The notes under the pieces were generated by a model. That model made no database searches. It had not been told where the DNA came from and was given only the letters and a program-made list of their open reading frames with translations. The translations under genes and the position numbers were made by a program. From an uncultured Nitrososphaeraceae archaeon (GTDB lineage Archaea; Thermoproteota; Nitrososphaeria; Nitrososphaerales; Nitrososphaeraceae), in the NCBI GenBank assembly GCA_963765895.1, contig CAVXZB010000084.1, forward strand, positions 64,001 through 128,000: a stretch of DNA of 64,000 nucleotides, read 5' to 3'. Each line of letters starts with the position of its first letter. Position 1 is the stretch's first letter. Positions 32,491 to 44,980 of the stretch are shown here, piece after piece.

Positions 32491-35400
32491 ATGGGACTTT
32501 CCAATAAATTTGATATCAAGCTAATAGAAAATGAGGTTAGGCAGTACTTCGATAACATTGATATCAAATCCCTTATACAAAATGACCTGAAAAAAAATGG
32601 CAATGGTACTTTACTTGGCTACGTAGATGGGCCTCCAACCTTGAATGGAGAACCCCATGCAGGACATTTGAGGGGAAGAATCATAAAGGATCTATGGTAT
32701 CGGTTTAAGACTTTACAGAAGAATAATATCATTTTTAGAGCTGGATGGGACACGCAAGGACTCCCGATTGAGCTGCAGGCCGAAAAAGAGCTAGGACTAA
32801 CAGGTAGTAAGATTGAAAATATCCACAGGGTGGGAATACAAAAAATTGTAGACACCTGCAAGAAGATAATTAAACACTATGGTGAAAGTTGGAGAAGGGT
32901 AGATGAACTTCTGGGAATGTCATTTGATTATGAACTTGCATATTGGACATTTAGGGATGAATATATTGAACGAGAATGGCATTATCTAAGAAAGGCATGG
33001 GAATACGGCATCCTAAAGGAATGGTTTCGTGTTGTGGCGTATTGCCCGTCGTGTCAAACTTCATTGAGCAATGCTGAAATTAAGCAAGGATATGCCGCTG
33101 TTAAAGACCCGTCGTTATATTATAAGGTAAAGCTAGTTGGTGAGGAAGTATACATAATTGTGTGGACTACTATGCCATTTACTGTAGTCACGGATGAGTT
33201 AGTCGGCGTACATCCTGATGCGAAATATGCATTTGTGACGGTTAAAAATGAAAAATGGATAGTCGCGGAAAACAGATTGCAGGGAATTAATGGAAGAATT
33301 ACATATAGAAGATTTTTCAGTCGATAGGGTGATAACCGGAAACGAACTAGACGGGAGGCACTATATTCACCCATTTTTAGATTTAATTCCAGAATTACAT
33401 CGGCTATCTAACTCAATACATTTTGTTGTGGCCGAACCATTTGTAGATATTGAGACAGGTAGTGGTATAGTACATATATCTCCAGCAAATGGAGAAGAGG
33501 ATTTCGAAATTGCTGTGAGGAGAAAGATTCCGATCTTTGCTCCTATTGACGACGCTGTTCACTTCACAGATAAGGCGGGCGTTTTTAATGGAATGTTCGT
33601 AAGAGATGCAGACCTAAAGGTCACTGAGATCCTAGAAAGAGTTGGTTCCTTAGTTAAGTTGGGTATAATAAACCACCAGTATCCTACATGCTGGAGATCT
33701 CATCACAAGGTAGTCTGGCTTGCAAGAAGAGAATATTTCTACATGATAGACGGTCTCGAAAATGCTCCTATTGACGCAGCAAAAAACGTAGAATATTTTT
33801 ATGAACCGCCGAAGAATAGATTCTTGGAGATTATAAAAGAAAAGGTTCCTTGGTGCATTACAAGAGAGAGACTTTGGGGAACACCCCTTCCATTCTGGGC
33901 ATGTATCAAATGTGGACATAAGGAATATCTTTTTTCTAGGAATGAGATATTGAGGAAGGCCCTCAGTCTCCCAGATGGTCCTGATTTTGCATTGCATCGT
34001 CCGGAAATTGATAGAATAGAAATTGCCTGTGAGAAGTGCGGCGCTAATATGCAAAGAGAGCCTTTTGTTTTAGACACTTGGCACAATAGCGGGGCCGCTC
34101 CATATGCTTCGTTAACAAATCTGGAATATCAGAAAACAATTCCTGCAGCTTTTCTAACTGAAGGTATTGACCAAACAAGAGGCTGGGCATATACTCTTTT
34201 AATTGAGAACGTGATACTGAATCATTCCCCGATTGCACCTTACCATTCATTTCTTTTCCAAGGCCATGTGTTGGATGAAAACGGCAATAAGATGAGCAAG
34301 AGCATTGGAAATGTTATTGATGCAAAAGTGTTACTCACTGATAGTGCTGTAGATTTGGTTCGTTTTTATTTTATGTGGAAGTCATCTCCGATTGAGGCGC
34401 TAAACTTTAGTGTTAAAGAAATGGCAAGTCGACCCCATCAAATACTTAGTACTTTGTATTTTCTTCATATCTATTTCGAACAAAATAGTAGTTATGACAG
34501 ATTTGACAAACATGTTCACAGTCTGAAATGGGCAATCGAGAATGATTCCCTTGGTGTTGCGGAAATATGGCTTCTTTCAAAGCTGCAAAAATTAATTGAT
34601 ACTGTCACAAATAGTTTTGAGCATTGTAGATTTCACGATGGTGCAAAAGCCATTGACGAATATGTGATTAATATTGTTAGTCAGACATACGTTCCTATAA
34701 TAAGAAATGATATTTGGGAAGACAATGTTGAGTCACTTAAGAGGCGACTTGTAATATATTCTGTCTTAGGTCATACATTGTTCGTATTAGAAAAACTTCT
34801 GCATCCACTAGCGCCATTTATCACTGAATATCTGTACCAAAAGTGCTTTAAGGAAAAAGAAAGCATTATACTTGAAAACTGGCCCAAACTTGATGAATAT
34901 CTTGTAAACTGGAATGTTGAACGCAGTTTTAATATAGTGAAGGAAATAATATCGCTTGCAAATGCTGCCAGAACAAAAGGCCATTTAAAAAGACGTTGGC
35001 CAGTAAATAAGGTGCTAATTGGCTGTCTTAATCCTACTTTTATAAATGAACAAGGAATTGGAGAAGTACTCAAAAGTCAACTAAACACTGAAGAGTACAA
35101 GGTTGTGAGTATAACTGATCCAGCGCTACCAGTTGAACACATTTCTAATTTACTTGAAAGCAAGCTCCCTGTCGCCGTAAATGCCACACTTGTAACCAAA
35201 AATATTGCTCCAAGGCTGAAAGATAAAAGAATTCTATTAGTTAGGCATGCATTTGATGAAATGGATAAATCTGAAATACTACGATCGCTTCATTCCAACG
35301 GTAGCTTCCAATTGAATTATGATGGTGGGGAAATCACGCTTTCCCTGTCAGATATAGAATTATCTTACGAGGCATCTGAAGGATATGAAATGGCAAGACA

Positions 35401-35710
35401 GGGCGATTTGATCGTTTTTGTTTCTACAGGACGTGATGATAAATTGATAGCAAAAGGTGTTCTTAGGGATTTGGCAAGAAATTTACAGCAGGTACGAAAA
35501 GAACAGGGCTATAATCCAACGGATATTCTCTCTGCAGCTTATGTCGCATATCTTGACAATGAAGATATTAATGCAATCGCTGAGATAAAAGAAGAGTTAG
35601 TTTATCTGGTTAGAGTGAGGTCAGTAGTGGTAACGAAGCAGCCAATTGAAAAAGTGAAATATAAAGATGTAGAGTTAGATGGTCGAAAACTGCTGCTAGC
35701 CGTGGCTTAA
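32491..35710 (+). CDS. ileS: Isoleucyl-tRNA synthetase, apparent frameshift at ~33283
   Basis: DGPP, HAGH, GWDTQGLP, WTTMPFT, GSGIVH, EGIDQTRGW, KMSKS across two ORFs. Confidence 0.95.
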
Positions 35711-35982
35711 TTCGTACCGCAATTTTTCATACTGTACAATATTATTTGATGCTGCATATCGCTAGTAGTATATTGGGTTTCAGTGACAATTAGTAATGCA
35801 CTTAGCTGAAATGCCTGTCATTTATATTTGCTAGGCCTAATACCAGATATAATATAACAAAATGTTGGTTAAGAAGTAGATTGCAGTTAATTGGACAATA
35901 TACCAATAAGTATAGGGTAGAGCTAATCAGACAGTCGCAAAAGCAATGCTCTCAATAAAATATACATAACTCGAGGCTTCTC

Positions 35983-36405
35983 ATGTGGGAAATTCATTTT
36001 GAAGCTTATACCACATTTGACTACATGAGGAAATTTTATTTAGTCTCTATCACTTTTCCTTATGTGGAAGTTTATACAGACATTAGACCTTGGGGAAAAT
36101 TTGAAAAGTTTCACGAAAATGAACTCTGCACAGTAAAATTGATTTATATCAACTCGAACTCAAGACTAAGCCTTCAATATCATCAGCATAGATGGGAATT
36201 CTGGAAGATATTAAAGGGTACAGCTGAAGTAGAGCTTGATGGGGCTAAGGTTTCCGTGAAAGAAGGTGAACATATCAAGATAGGTACCGGTGTTAAGCAC
36301 AGAATCAAGGCCTATGAGGATTGTATTGTGCTAGAGATTTCGTATGGTAGATTTGATGAAAATGATATTACAAGAATAGAAGATGATTATGGTAGAGTAA
36401 AATAG
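35983..36405 (+). CDS. Mannose-6-phosphate isomerase type II-like cupin (start probably GTG near 36064)
   Basis: RPWGKF...RLSLQYHQHRWEFW...KHRI...EISYG.FDENDITRIEDDYGR. Confidence 0.88.
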   Translation: MWEIHFEAYTTFDYMRKFYLVSITFPYVEVYTDIRPWGKFEKFHENELCTVKLIYINSNSRLSLQYHQHRWEFWKILKGTAEVELDGAKVSVKEGEHIKIGTGVKHRIKAYEDCIVLEISYGRFDENDITRIEDDYGRVK

Positions 36406-36658
36406 GAAATATAGCTTTTATGTGTATAAACATATGATACAGTTTTTCTCTGCTGGGATAACATTAGATTCTGGATCCCTCATAATTACAGTTTCGACCG
36501 TACTGATGTGTATATGCACCCGGATCAAGTAAGCACTTCATCAGACGAGATGTTCTAGCAGAATGCCCCGTTCACAAACAAAATACAATTACAGAAATTG
36601 GAGAATAATTTTCATCTATATCGAAATACAAATAAAGCCCTAACATCGCTTTACGATT

Positions 36659-37975
36659 ATGAGCGCAAGCAAAAAACCACATATGAATTTGGTGGTTACA
36701 GGTCACGTTGATAATGGTAAATCGACTTGTGTAGGTCATTTAATGGTCGATATGGGAGTTATTGACCAGAGGACTATAGAAGCATTTGCTAAGGAATCTG
36801 AGGCAACAGGTAAGGGTGATACTTTCAAATATGCTTGGGTTTTGGATAGTATCAAAGATGAAAGGGATAGAGGTATCACGATCGACTTGGCCTTTCAAAA
36901 ATTTGAAACTCCAAAGTTCTTTTACACATTAATTGACGCACCAGGGCATAGAGACTTTATAAAGAACATGATCACCGGCGCTTCCGAGGCTGATGCATCG
37001 GTCTTGGTAATTTCAGTTAAGCCAGGTGAGACAGAAGGCAGCAACTGAACCTGGCGGTCAAGCTAGAGAGCATGCATTTTTGGCAAGAACCCTTGGAGTC
37101 AGCCAAATGATAGTGGCCTTGAATAAAATGGATGATTCAGGATATTCAGAGGCGAGATATAAAGAAGTTAAGGAAATAGCCGAAAAAATGTTGAAACTTG
37201 TCGGGTATAACACTAGCAAAGTTCAATTCATTCCAGTTTCTGGATGGAAAGGTGACAATCTAATTAAGAAATCTGAAAATATGCCATGGTACAAGGGACC
37301 TACTCTTCTGGAAGCTCTAGATATGTTTGAAGCGCCTGAAAAACCGATTGGAAAGCCTTTAAGGATCCCGGTACAAGATGTCTATTCCATAACTGGTGTT
37401 GGTACAGGTACCAGTTGGAAGAGTTGAGACCGGCATAGTTAAGACTAATGACAAGGTAGTCGTAATGCCATCTGGTGTCAATGGTGAAGTCAAGAGTATC
37501 GAGACTCATCATACGCAGATGGATTCTGCTGAAGCTGGAGACAATATAGGTTTTAACCTCAGGGGTGTTGACAAAAAATCAATAAAGCGTGGAGACATGA
37601 TTGGCGCTGCTAGCAGTCCGCCGACAGTGGTCAAAGAATTCGAGGCACAGATTATAGTAATTCATCATCCTACCGCAATGGCCCCCGGATATACGCCAGG
37701 TACTACACGCACACACTGCCCAAGTTGCTGCTACACTTTCAGAATTTGTCGCCAAAATTGACTCAAAGACGGGAGGAGTAGTAGAAGAAAAGCCTAAATT
37801 TTTGAAAACCGGTGACGCTGCAGTTGTAAGGATTAAGCCAGTCAGACCGTTGGCTATTGAAACATTCAAGGAATTTCCAGAAATTGGAAGATTTGCCTTG
37901 AGGGATATGGGAACAACCATAGCAGCTGGCGTGGTTAAGTCAGTTACAGAGAAATATGATCCCTCTAAAAAGTAA
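36659..37975 (+). CDS. tuf: Elongation factor 1-alpha, three apparent +1 frameshifts (~37038, ~37407, ~37699)
   Basis: [47 protein letters not shown] in successive frames. Confidence 0.95.
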
Positions 37976-37989
37976 AGTGAATTTTTGGA

Positions 37990-38301
37990 ATGCCGCAAGA
38001 AGCTAGAATAAAACTTACCAGTACAAACCTTTCTACACTTGAAGGTGTATGCTCAGAAATAAAGGGTCTTGGCGAAAAAAGTGGTATAAAGCTGAAAGGA
38101 CCACACCCTCTTCCCACTAAGAAAATGAGAGTAGTAACTAGAAAATCTCCCTGTGGACAAGGAACAAATACATATGATAAATACGAATTGCGTATACATA
38201 GAAGAGTAATTGACTTGGGTGCCGACGATAGAGCTATCAGGCAGCTTATGAGATTAAAAATACCTGACGACGTTTACATTGAGGTTTCTTTAACTCAATA
38301 G
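37990..38301 (+). CDS. rpsJ: 30S ribosomal protein S10 (uS10)
   Basis: ARIKLTS, GPHPLPTKK, RKSPCGQG, LRIHRRVID; follows tuf. Confidence 0.97.
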   Translation: MPQEARIKLTSTNLSTLEGVCSEIKGLGEKSGIKLKGPHPLPTKKMRVVTRKSPCGQGTNTYDKYELRIHRRVIDLGADDRAIRQLMRLKIPDDVYIEVSLTQ

Positions 38302-38473
38302 TTGATGCCGTTCCGTTCTACCTTGAGCTGATTGTCCAGCCACAAGTGGAATGCGCTATTCATTTTCTAATAATATTTTATGTTTGACTTGTGAAAATGC
38401 TTCACTAGCTCATCGAGCAAGATCATACTATATTCTTAATTTGTATGAGAACTAGCCAAATTTTAGTAGTTTA

Positions 38474-38496
38474 GTTATGGTTATGGTTATGGTTAT
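38474..38496. repeat. (GTTATG) x ~4 microsatellite
   Basis: gttatggttatggttatggttat. Confidence 0.8.
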
Positions 38497-38545
38497 AATG
38501 AATAGTAATGAATCAAATTCGCTTTTGCAAAAACAATTTTGAAAT

Positions 38546-38881
38546 CTATAGCTGTGGTCCAATATTTATAAGAGATTGCATTGTATGAAATAACGGATTA
38601 ATCTCAGAAACAGGGCCGTATAATTCCAATTTCGTTAGGCATTGAATAGAAATTCTTGCCATTCTAAAGATAAACCCTCTTACCGAATACTCTAATCCCT
38701 GGATCCTATCTAAGCCTTCACTTACAATATCATCAGATTTAATAATGTATCCACGCTGTGCATACAGAATCAACCTCTTATCAGTTATCACGACTCTATA
38801 TTTTTTAATTCCGTATCTGACTAAGGAAGTGCTATAAAACTTCACATTTTCTGAGGGCAGTAGAAAGTCTTGTAGTGGCAT
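38546..38881 (-). CDS. Small PH-like-domain protein
   Basis: LLPSENVKF...VVITDKRLILY...G......IQGLEY...G pattern of bacterial PH domains. Confidence 0.6.
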   Translation of the reverse strand: MPLQDFLLPSENVKFYSTSLVRYGIKKYRVVITDKRLILYAQRGYIIKSDDIVSEGLDRIQGLEYSVRGFIFRMARISIQCLTKLELYGPVSEINPLFHTMQSLINIGPQL

Positions 38882-38970
38882 TACTTTATTAGTTAAAGAG
38901 GAGTCTTGATGATATTTAGGAAAACAGGTTGCAGCAATTTGCTGATGTGATTTAGATTTATTGATATGTC

Positions 38971-40026
38971 GGCTCTGTAGAAACCATGTTCTGAATACCG
39001 TTAGAGCTTTCTAGACGTATGATCCAATATGGATGTTGAAAGAATCAAGATATGTTAGGCTGGCTAATACTATGTACCGTGTCTTGAGAAATTCAAGGAT
39101 ACCATTGTTTCTTCACAGAAAGAGCAATCATGCATTTATGATATGGTAGCATTTAGTATTACTTACAATAAGACAGTACGAAGGTAAGAGTTATAGGATG
39201 TTTGTCGAGTGGTTAGTCGAGGCACATTACCTTAGATCGTACCTACGATTGTCACGTATTCCTCATTTTACAACATTGCAAAAGTTTACAGACAGACAGA
39301 ATTAGCAATTCACTGCTTGAGAAGATAATTTCGTCATTCATTGTAATTAGCTGGTACGAAGCATATCTTTGTAGGAATAGATTCAACAGGATTTAAAATA
39401 ACTCAATTCACTGCTTGAGAAGATAATTTCGTCATTCATTGTAATTAGTGGTACCAAGCATATCTTTGTAGGAATAGATTCAACAGGATTTAAAATAACT
39501 CATGCTTCACAGTATTATGATGAACGAATAGAAGCAAGAAGAAAATATGCGAAATTATCTATTAGAGCCGATGTATTACAACAGATTATCTGCAACATAA
39601 GGATAAGACGAGCTCCTACAAGACATGATAATGTAGATTTCAAGCCAATCATAACAAGGATAGTCAAATATCCCTTCCACTATCCGTAGTTACAGCTGAT
39701 AAGGGATATGATAATGAAGATAATCATCAGTTGGTAAGAGAAACCTTGCATGCATTCAGTGTTATTCCAGCTCGATATGAACATGTACCGATATGGAGAA
39801 CACATGGCAGATATAGAAAGCAGATGAAACGTGGATATAACGAACTATTGTACAATCAACGAAACAAGGATGAGACCATAATGTCTGTCATAAAACGACT
39901 ATTTGGAGAATATATTTCTTCAAGGCTAGTAAAAACACAGAACAGGGAACTATCATTCAGATGCATAGCCTATAACATGCACAGGCTAACGAATATTGTC
40001 ATTTTTGTGATGATTTCTACATGGCC
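38971..40026 (+). mobile_element. IS5-family (ISH1-group-like) element, full length, transposase inactivated
   Basis: Imperfect 16-bp TIRs GGCTCTGTAGAAACCA / TGATTTCTACATGGCC; 8-bp TSD GATATGTC (38963-38970, 40027-40034); motifs IPHFTTLQKF, GIDSTGF, ADKGYD, YNQRNKDETIMSVIKR; internal stop, frameshifts and a 98-bp duplication. Confidence 0.93.
39306..39500. repeat. 98/97-bp tandem duplication inside the IS5 transposase
   Basis: caattcactgcttgagaag...atttaaaataact at 39306-39403 and 39404-39500. Confidence 0.93.
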
Positions 40027-40153
40027 GATATGTCATATCACTTTAATATAGGCATCAATCAGGGATTTTGTTTTGGCAAAGTCAGTTCTCTGATTTACGG
40101 AAATTACACAATTATATTCCGGACAGACGTTTTACAGTATTGACGATCGAGAC

Positions 40154-40957
40154 ATGCCCTCCGCAGATATGACAATGTACGAACACATCAATGAATTGCG
40201 TGTTAGAATATTTCATATAGCAATTTCTATAGCAATTATTACAATATTCTGCATGAGCTTTGGATTAAAACCTCTAAATGATTCATTCTTATATTATCCA
40301 GTGCCCGACCCAATTAATAACATTGCAGTTCAATTGACGTCTTATATGAGAGATACGCTACTTCCACCCGAAGTAAAGTTAATACAGACCTCGCCAGGTC
40401 AGGCATTTTTTGCTCAAATATACGTGGGTATGTTATTAGGAGTGCTTGGATCGATGCCGATCATTATTAAAGAAATATTTGGTTTCATCTCTCCGGCCTT
40501 TGAAAGAAAATTTAACAAGAGCCTAATCGTCAACATCATCCTGCCGACTATCGCCCTATTTATTTCAGGAATAATACTCTCCTATATCCTTGTAATTCCA
40601 TTCACGCTTGGCTTTTTGTATAAATACGGTCAGGCTATTGGAGTTGAGACATTCTTTAATGTTAACGATTTTATTTCATTTGTTTTACAATTCTTTCTTG
40701 GGTTTGGTATCGCATTTGAACTTCCAATGATAATGTACGCCTTTACACTTACTGGTATGATTGATGTCAATTTCTGGAAAAAGAACTTTCGCTATGCAAT
40801 TATAATCTTGGTTGTTTTTGGTGCCATAATAACTCCTGATGGGAGTGGAGTCACAATGTGGTTTATCGCTGGTCCTATGATTGCGTTGTATCTACTTGGA
40901 ATTGTATTTATTCAAAGAAGAGAGAAGAATAGAATGAGAATGGAAAATATAACTTGA
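40154..40957 (+). CDS. tatC: Twin-arginine translocase subunit TatC
   Basis: EHINELRVR, PGQAFFAQI, FISPA, FGIAFELP, GAIITPDGS. Confidence 0.95.
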   Translation: MPSADMTMYEHINELRVRIFHIAISIAIITIFCMSFGLKPLNDSFLYYPVPDPINNIAVQLTSYMRDTLLPPEVKLIQTSPGQAFFAQIYVGMLLGVLGSMPIIIKEIFGFISPAFERKFNKSLIVNIILPTIALFISGIILSYILVIPFTLGFLYKYGQAIGVETFFNVNDFISFVLQFFLGFGIAFELPMIMYAFTLTGMIDVNFWKKNFRYAIIILVVFGAIITPDGSGVTMWFIAGPMIALYLLGIVFIQRREKNRMRMENIT

Positions 40958-41205
40958 ACTCTTGATGAAGGAATAATAGCGTGATAATGAATAGCTACGA
41001 GAGTGTAATTATATTCCCCATTCATGGGGGCTTGACTACACCAAGGCATAAACGTAGCGTGTTGTAGGGAACTCAATGTAGAGCTTATAATTGGGATGTC
41101 TCAGATAACAGGCGAACCTAACCTAAATTCAGTGGTTGGTTGGTCCTGCATTTCCTAGGTTAAGATGAACATTTAATAGGATTCACAATTGACCATATAT
41201 TATCG

Positions 41206-43920
41206 TTGGCACATCAAGAGGAACATTTTACTGTCAGAGAAAAAAAATTTGGTGATTTATCTGAGCTGCCAGAAAATACCCCAGCCCTTCTTTTATCGGC
41301 AATATATTCAGGAGAAGAGCAAAAGGTGTATCTAAAATTTTATAGTCCTAAAGATGAATCCATATACATTTGGCGAGATCGGACGAATCATAAACCGTAC
41401 TGTTATACTAAATTACAATATGCGGCCAGAGCTCAAGAAGTCGCCAAATTGGAAAGAAAATATACCATCGAAAATGTGAAAAGACGTGATCTGATATCGG
41501 ATAAATTGATCGATATCCTGAAAATTAGTGCACCCGATCCGCTATCTATTGGTGGGACAGAAAATAGTTTCCGTGAAAAGGTAAAAGCATGGGAAGCAGA
41601 TATTAAATATCACGAAAATTATCTTTATGATACAGGTTTAATTCCTGGTACATTTTATCTTCGAATAGGTAACGAAATCAAGACCCATGAAATGGACATT
41701 TCAGACAAAGTACGAGAAGAGCTGGAAGACCTATTGTGGAATAAACTGAAAGTCTCATCGGAGAAAGCAGAGGATATTCGTTACCAGAAGCAAATTACAA
41801 GATGGGCAAATCTACTTAACCAACCTATTCCTGAGATTAAGCGAGTCTCTGTTGACATAGAGGTTGAATCTGAAGAAGGAAGAATGCCTACTCCTAGGGA
41901 TCATGATCGTCGTATTACTGCTATTGGATTTGTGGCTAGTGATGGATACCGGAGAGTGTTGTTGTTAAATCAGAATAAACAACATGAAAGCAGCCAAGCA
42001 TTGATACCCGAAGCAGAGATCTACTATACAGAAAAGGAACTGCTAGAGGAGGCTTTTAAGATAATAGCTTCATATCCGATCGTCATTACCTACAATGGAG
42101 ATGATTTTGACTTACCATATTTATATGCTCGATCTCAGGATCCAAGAATTGATCCTAATAGATCACAAATTATACCAAAGGACAAAGTACCTATCATAAT
42201 AAAGCGCGAGACTTTCATTAAACGTGGAATTCAGGCAGAACCTGTACAATTAAAATATGGTATACATATCGATCTATTTCGAACATTTCAAAATCGATCC
42301 GTTCAGATTTATGCCTTTAGTAACAAATATTCTGAGCATACTCTAAATGCAATCTCCGAAGCGCTGCTCGACGATACCAAACTAGAATTTGACGGTGATA
42401 TTTCAGAGCTACCCATCGAAACACTTGCCATGTATTGCTTAAAGGATGCAGACCTAACATATAGGTTGACTAGTTTTAATGATAGTTTATTGATGAAGTT
42501 AATAGTAGTTATTGCGAGAATAGGACGATTATCAATAGATGATATTGCGCGCTTTGGCGTTAATCAATGGATTAGAGGAATGCTATACTATGAGCATCGA
42601 CTTAATGGGTTCCTCATACCCAGAAGAGATGAACTGCAGGAAAAGGGTACCGCGTCGACTACTGCAATCATCAAAGAAAAAAAATATCGTGGGGGCTTAG
42701 TGGTTGAGCCCAAGCTAGGGATTCATTTTGGAGTAGTGGTAGTCGATTTCGCTAGCTTGTATCCTAGTATTATCAAAGTCCACAATCTTTCATACGAAAC
42801 AGTTAATTGCGTGCATCAATCTTGCAAGGAAGATCCTAAACAAAAAGTACCTGGAACGACACATTGGATATGCAAAGTGAATAGGGGTCTGACTTCACTA
42901 CTAATAGGTTCGTTACGGGATCTAAGAGTTAATTATTATAAACATCTGTCAAAGAATAAATCAATTACACCAGAAGAACGCCAATTGTACAATGTAGTAA
43001 GTCAAGCTATTAAGGTTATTCTTAACGCCAGTTACGGCGTTATGGGCGCAGAGATTTTCCCTCTTTACTGTTTACCAGTAGCAGATGCTACTGCCGCAAT
43101 CGGAAGAGTAACTACGACTTCTACCATTGAGAGATGCAAGGAAATAGGTATCGAGGTGATCTATGGTGATACAGACTCCCTTTTTTTAAAGAATCCCTCC
43201 TCGAATAAGGTTGAAGAAATCTCAGTATGGGCGAGAACTAGATTAGGAGTTGATTTAGAGATTGACAAACAATATCGCTACGTTGTATTCAGTGAGCTCA
43301 AAAAGAACTATCTCGGTGTACTTACAGACGGAACTGTCGACGTAAAGGGGCTTACTGGAAAAAAATCTCATACCCCCCCATTCATCCGTAACGCGTTTTA
43401 TGAAATTTTGAATATTTTGAGTAAAGTCGATTCGGAAAAGGATTTTGAATCTGCTAGGGAAAAAATCAAAAATATAATCCAAGAAAATGCAAAGGGATTA
43501 GAGCTAAAGAAGATCCCTCTAAATGATCTGAGTTTCAATGTGATGGTAAATAAGTCGCCAGAAAAGTATGGTAAGAAAATGTCGAACAATCAAAGCACAA
43601 AAAATATTGCGTTGCATGGCAAGGAGAAAGAAGTAGAAACCTTCAAAGGTCTTCCGCAGCATATCAAGGCCGCGAAGTTATTAACTGACAATGGAAGGTT
43701 AATCAAAGCCGGCGATATCATATCCTATGTGAAAACAAAGACAGGAGATGGGGTAAAGCCAGTAGAACTCGCAGTTGCTGAAGATATCGACATCGAGAAA
43801 TACCTTGCTACCATGGAAGCTACCTTTGACCAATTACTATCATCTCTCAATTTCAATTTTAAGACGCTTTTGGGGAAGCCGCGGCAACGTAGTTTGGATG
43901 AACTATTCTGGAATGTATGA
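41206..43920 (+). CDS. polB: Family B DNA polymerase (PolB1)
   Basis: Exo motifs DIEV, YNGDDFDLPY, YCLKDA; pol motifs DFASLYPS, KVILNASYG, YGDTDS, KKNY. Confidence 0.97.
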   Translation: MAHQEEHFTVREKKFGDLSELPENTPALLLSAIYSGEEQKVYLKFYSPKDESIYIWRDRTNHKPYCYTKLQYAARAQEVAKLERKYTIENVKRRDLISDKLIDILKISAPDPLSIGGTENSFREKVKAWEADIKYHENYLYDTGLIPGTFYLRIGNEIKTHEMDISDKVREELEDLLWNKLKVSSEKAEDIRYQKQITRWANLLNQPIPEIKRVSVDIEVESEEGRMPTPRDHDRRITAIGFVASDGYRRVLLLNQNKQHESSQALIPEAEIYYTEKELLEEAFKIIASYPIVITYNGDDFDLPYLYARSQDPRIDPNRSQIIPKDKVPIIIKRETFIKRGIQAEPVQLKYGIHIDLFRTFQNRSVQIYAFSNKYSEHTLNAISEALLDDTKLEFDGDISELPIETLAMYCLKDADLTYRLTSFNDSLLMKLIVVIARIGRLSIDDIARFGVNQWIRGMLYYEHRLNGFLIPRRDELQEKGTASTTAIIKEKKYRGGLVVEPKLGIHFGVVVVDFASLYPSIIKVHNLSYETVNCVHQSCKEDPKQKVPGTTHWICKVNRGLTSLLIGSLRDLRVNYYKHLSKNKSITPEERQLYNVVSQAIKVILNASYGVMGAEIFPLYCLPVADATAAIGRVTTTSTIERCKEIGIEVIYGDTDSLFLKNPSSNKVEEISVWARTRLGVDLEIDKQYRYVVFSELKKNYLGVLTDGTVDVKGLTGKKSHTPPFIRNAFYEILNILSKVDSEKDFESAREKIKNIIQENAKGLELKKIPLNDLSFNVMVNKSPEKYGKKMSNNQSTKNIALHGKEKEVETFKGLPQHIKAAKLLTDNGRLIKAGDIISYVKTKTGDGVKPVELAVAEDIDIEKYLATMEATFDQLLSSLNFNFKTLLGKPRQRSLDELFWNV

Positions 43921-44169
43921 AGATCTCATATGACATATAATGCATTTGGTTTTTCTTGTACCTCGTCTGTATTGGTATAAGGTTGTCTGCTTAAAAGGCA
44001 TGGTTGTTATTGTTTAATTCAATCCAACTGCTCAATATGAATATTTGCAATTGCCCTTGATTTAACAATATTAAATACAAATGTGGAAATACATAATTTA
44101 GGATCTAATCTATTTTTTATCAATTAATTATAAATTCGATAGTTGGACCATTAGCTATAAATAAATCAT

Positions 44170-44814
44170 GTGCCTAAATACAGTGTGGAACAGAACATTC
44201 CTAATACGATGACATCTTTGCTATCTTCTCGTGTAGGACTTCTCATGAAGCCGGATGTTGTCATACTTGAAAGCGACGCTTCAGTTGACGAGGCTACAAA
44301 GATGATGAGAGAGAAAAATAGCAGAAGCGTACTTGTATCTAAACGCGGGGAAGTAATTGGGATCGTAAGCAAGACTGATATTCTCTTCAAAGTGATTTCC
44401 CAAAATGGGAATCCATCGAAAGTTAAGTTGAGAGAGATAATGACATGTCCTGTTCTTGCTTTGGGCCCAGGTTCAACAATTAAGGAAGCCTTGGCTGTTA
44501 TGGACAAGCATGGTATTAGGCAGGTGATGGTTCATGCGTATGCTGCAGTTTTAGGAGTTGTCACCAGAGAAGATATTTACCAGAGTATGGAAACACTATC
44601 CATGGCTTCTGAAGATACAGCCATCTCCGGAACGCCGGCGTGCATTATTAATACCAAGGCTATAGCATATATGAAAGATTTAAGTAAATTCAGTATAGTA
44701 TGTCCATACTGCCAATCCCCCTTTGATACCAAGGAAGGCCTTTCGAAACATATCGACAGACTACACGGCGAATCTGGAATTTTGGAAGGGGATGTCAGAC
44801 ATCTATTTGAGTGA
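44170..44814 (+). CDS. CBS-pair protein with C-terminal C2H2 zinc finger
   Basis: GIVSKTDIL, GVVTREDI; CPYC...KHIDRLH. Confidence 0.88.
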   Translation: MPKYSVEQNIPNTMTSLLSSRVGLLMKPDVVILESDASVDEATKMMREKNSRSVLVSKRGEVIGIVSKTDILFKVISQNGNPSKVKLREIMTCPVLALGPGSTIKEALAVMDKHGIRQVMVHAYAAVLGVVTREDIYQSMETLSMASEDTAISGTPACIINTKAIAYMKDLSKFSIVCPYCQSPFDTKEGLSKHIDRLHGESGILEGDVRHLFE

Positions 44815-44980
44815 ATATTGTAAATAACTGAATCCAACTTTGTAATGTTCGATATCTTCGGTCTGAAGCCACAACTAATGCTGCATTGTTGTCCCCAATT
44901 GAATTTAAATATGGGACTCGCAGATATTACTAATGACAAAAGCGTTTTAATGTTGAAGGTCTAACCTGGTACTCTGAGAA

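Noticed and set aside
32491-37975. Programmed frameshifting or real pseudogenisation of ileS and tuf
   Set aside because: Both are essential single-function genes; each break is a single extra G with no slippery heptamer, and similar indels occur across the window, so sequencing error is far more likely
41010-41165. Possible structured ncRNA between tatC and polB
   Set aside because: Only a short ccccattcatgggg hairpin is evident; no tRNA, SRP, RNase P or C/D box pattern could be supported
41206-43920. Intein in PolB
   Set aside because: Length (904 aa) is normal for PolB1 and no C...HN splice motifs or LAGLIDADG blocks are seen
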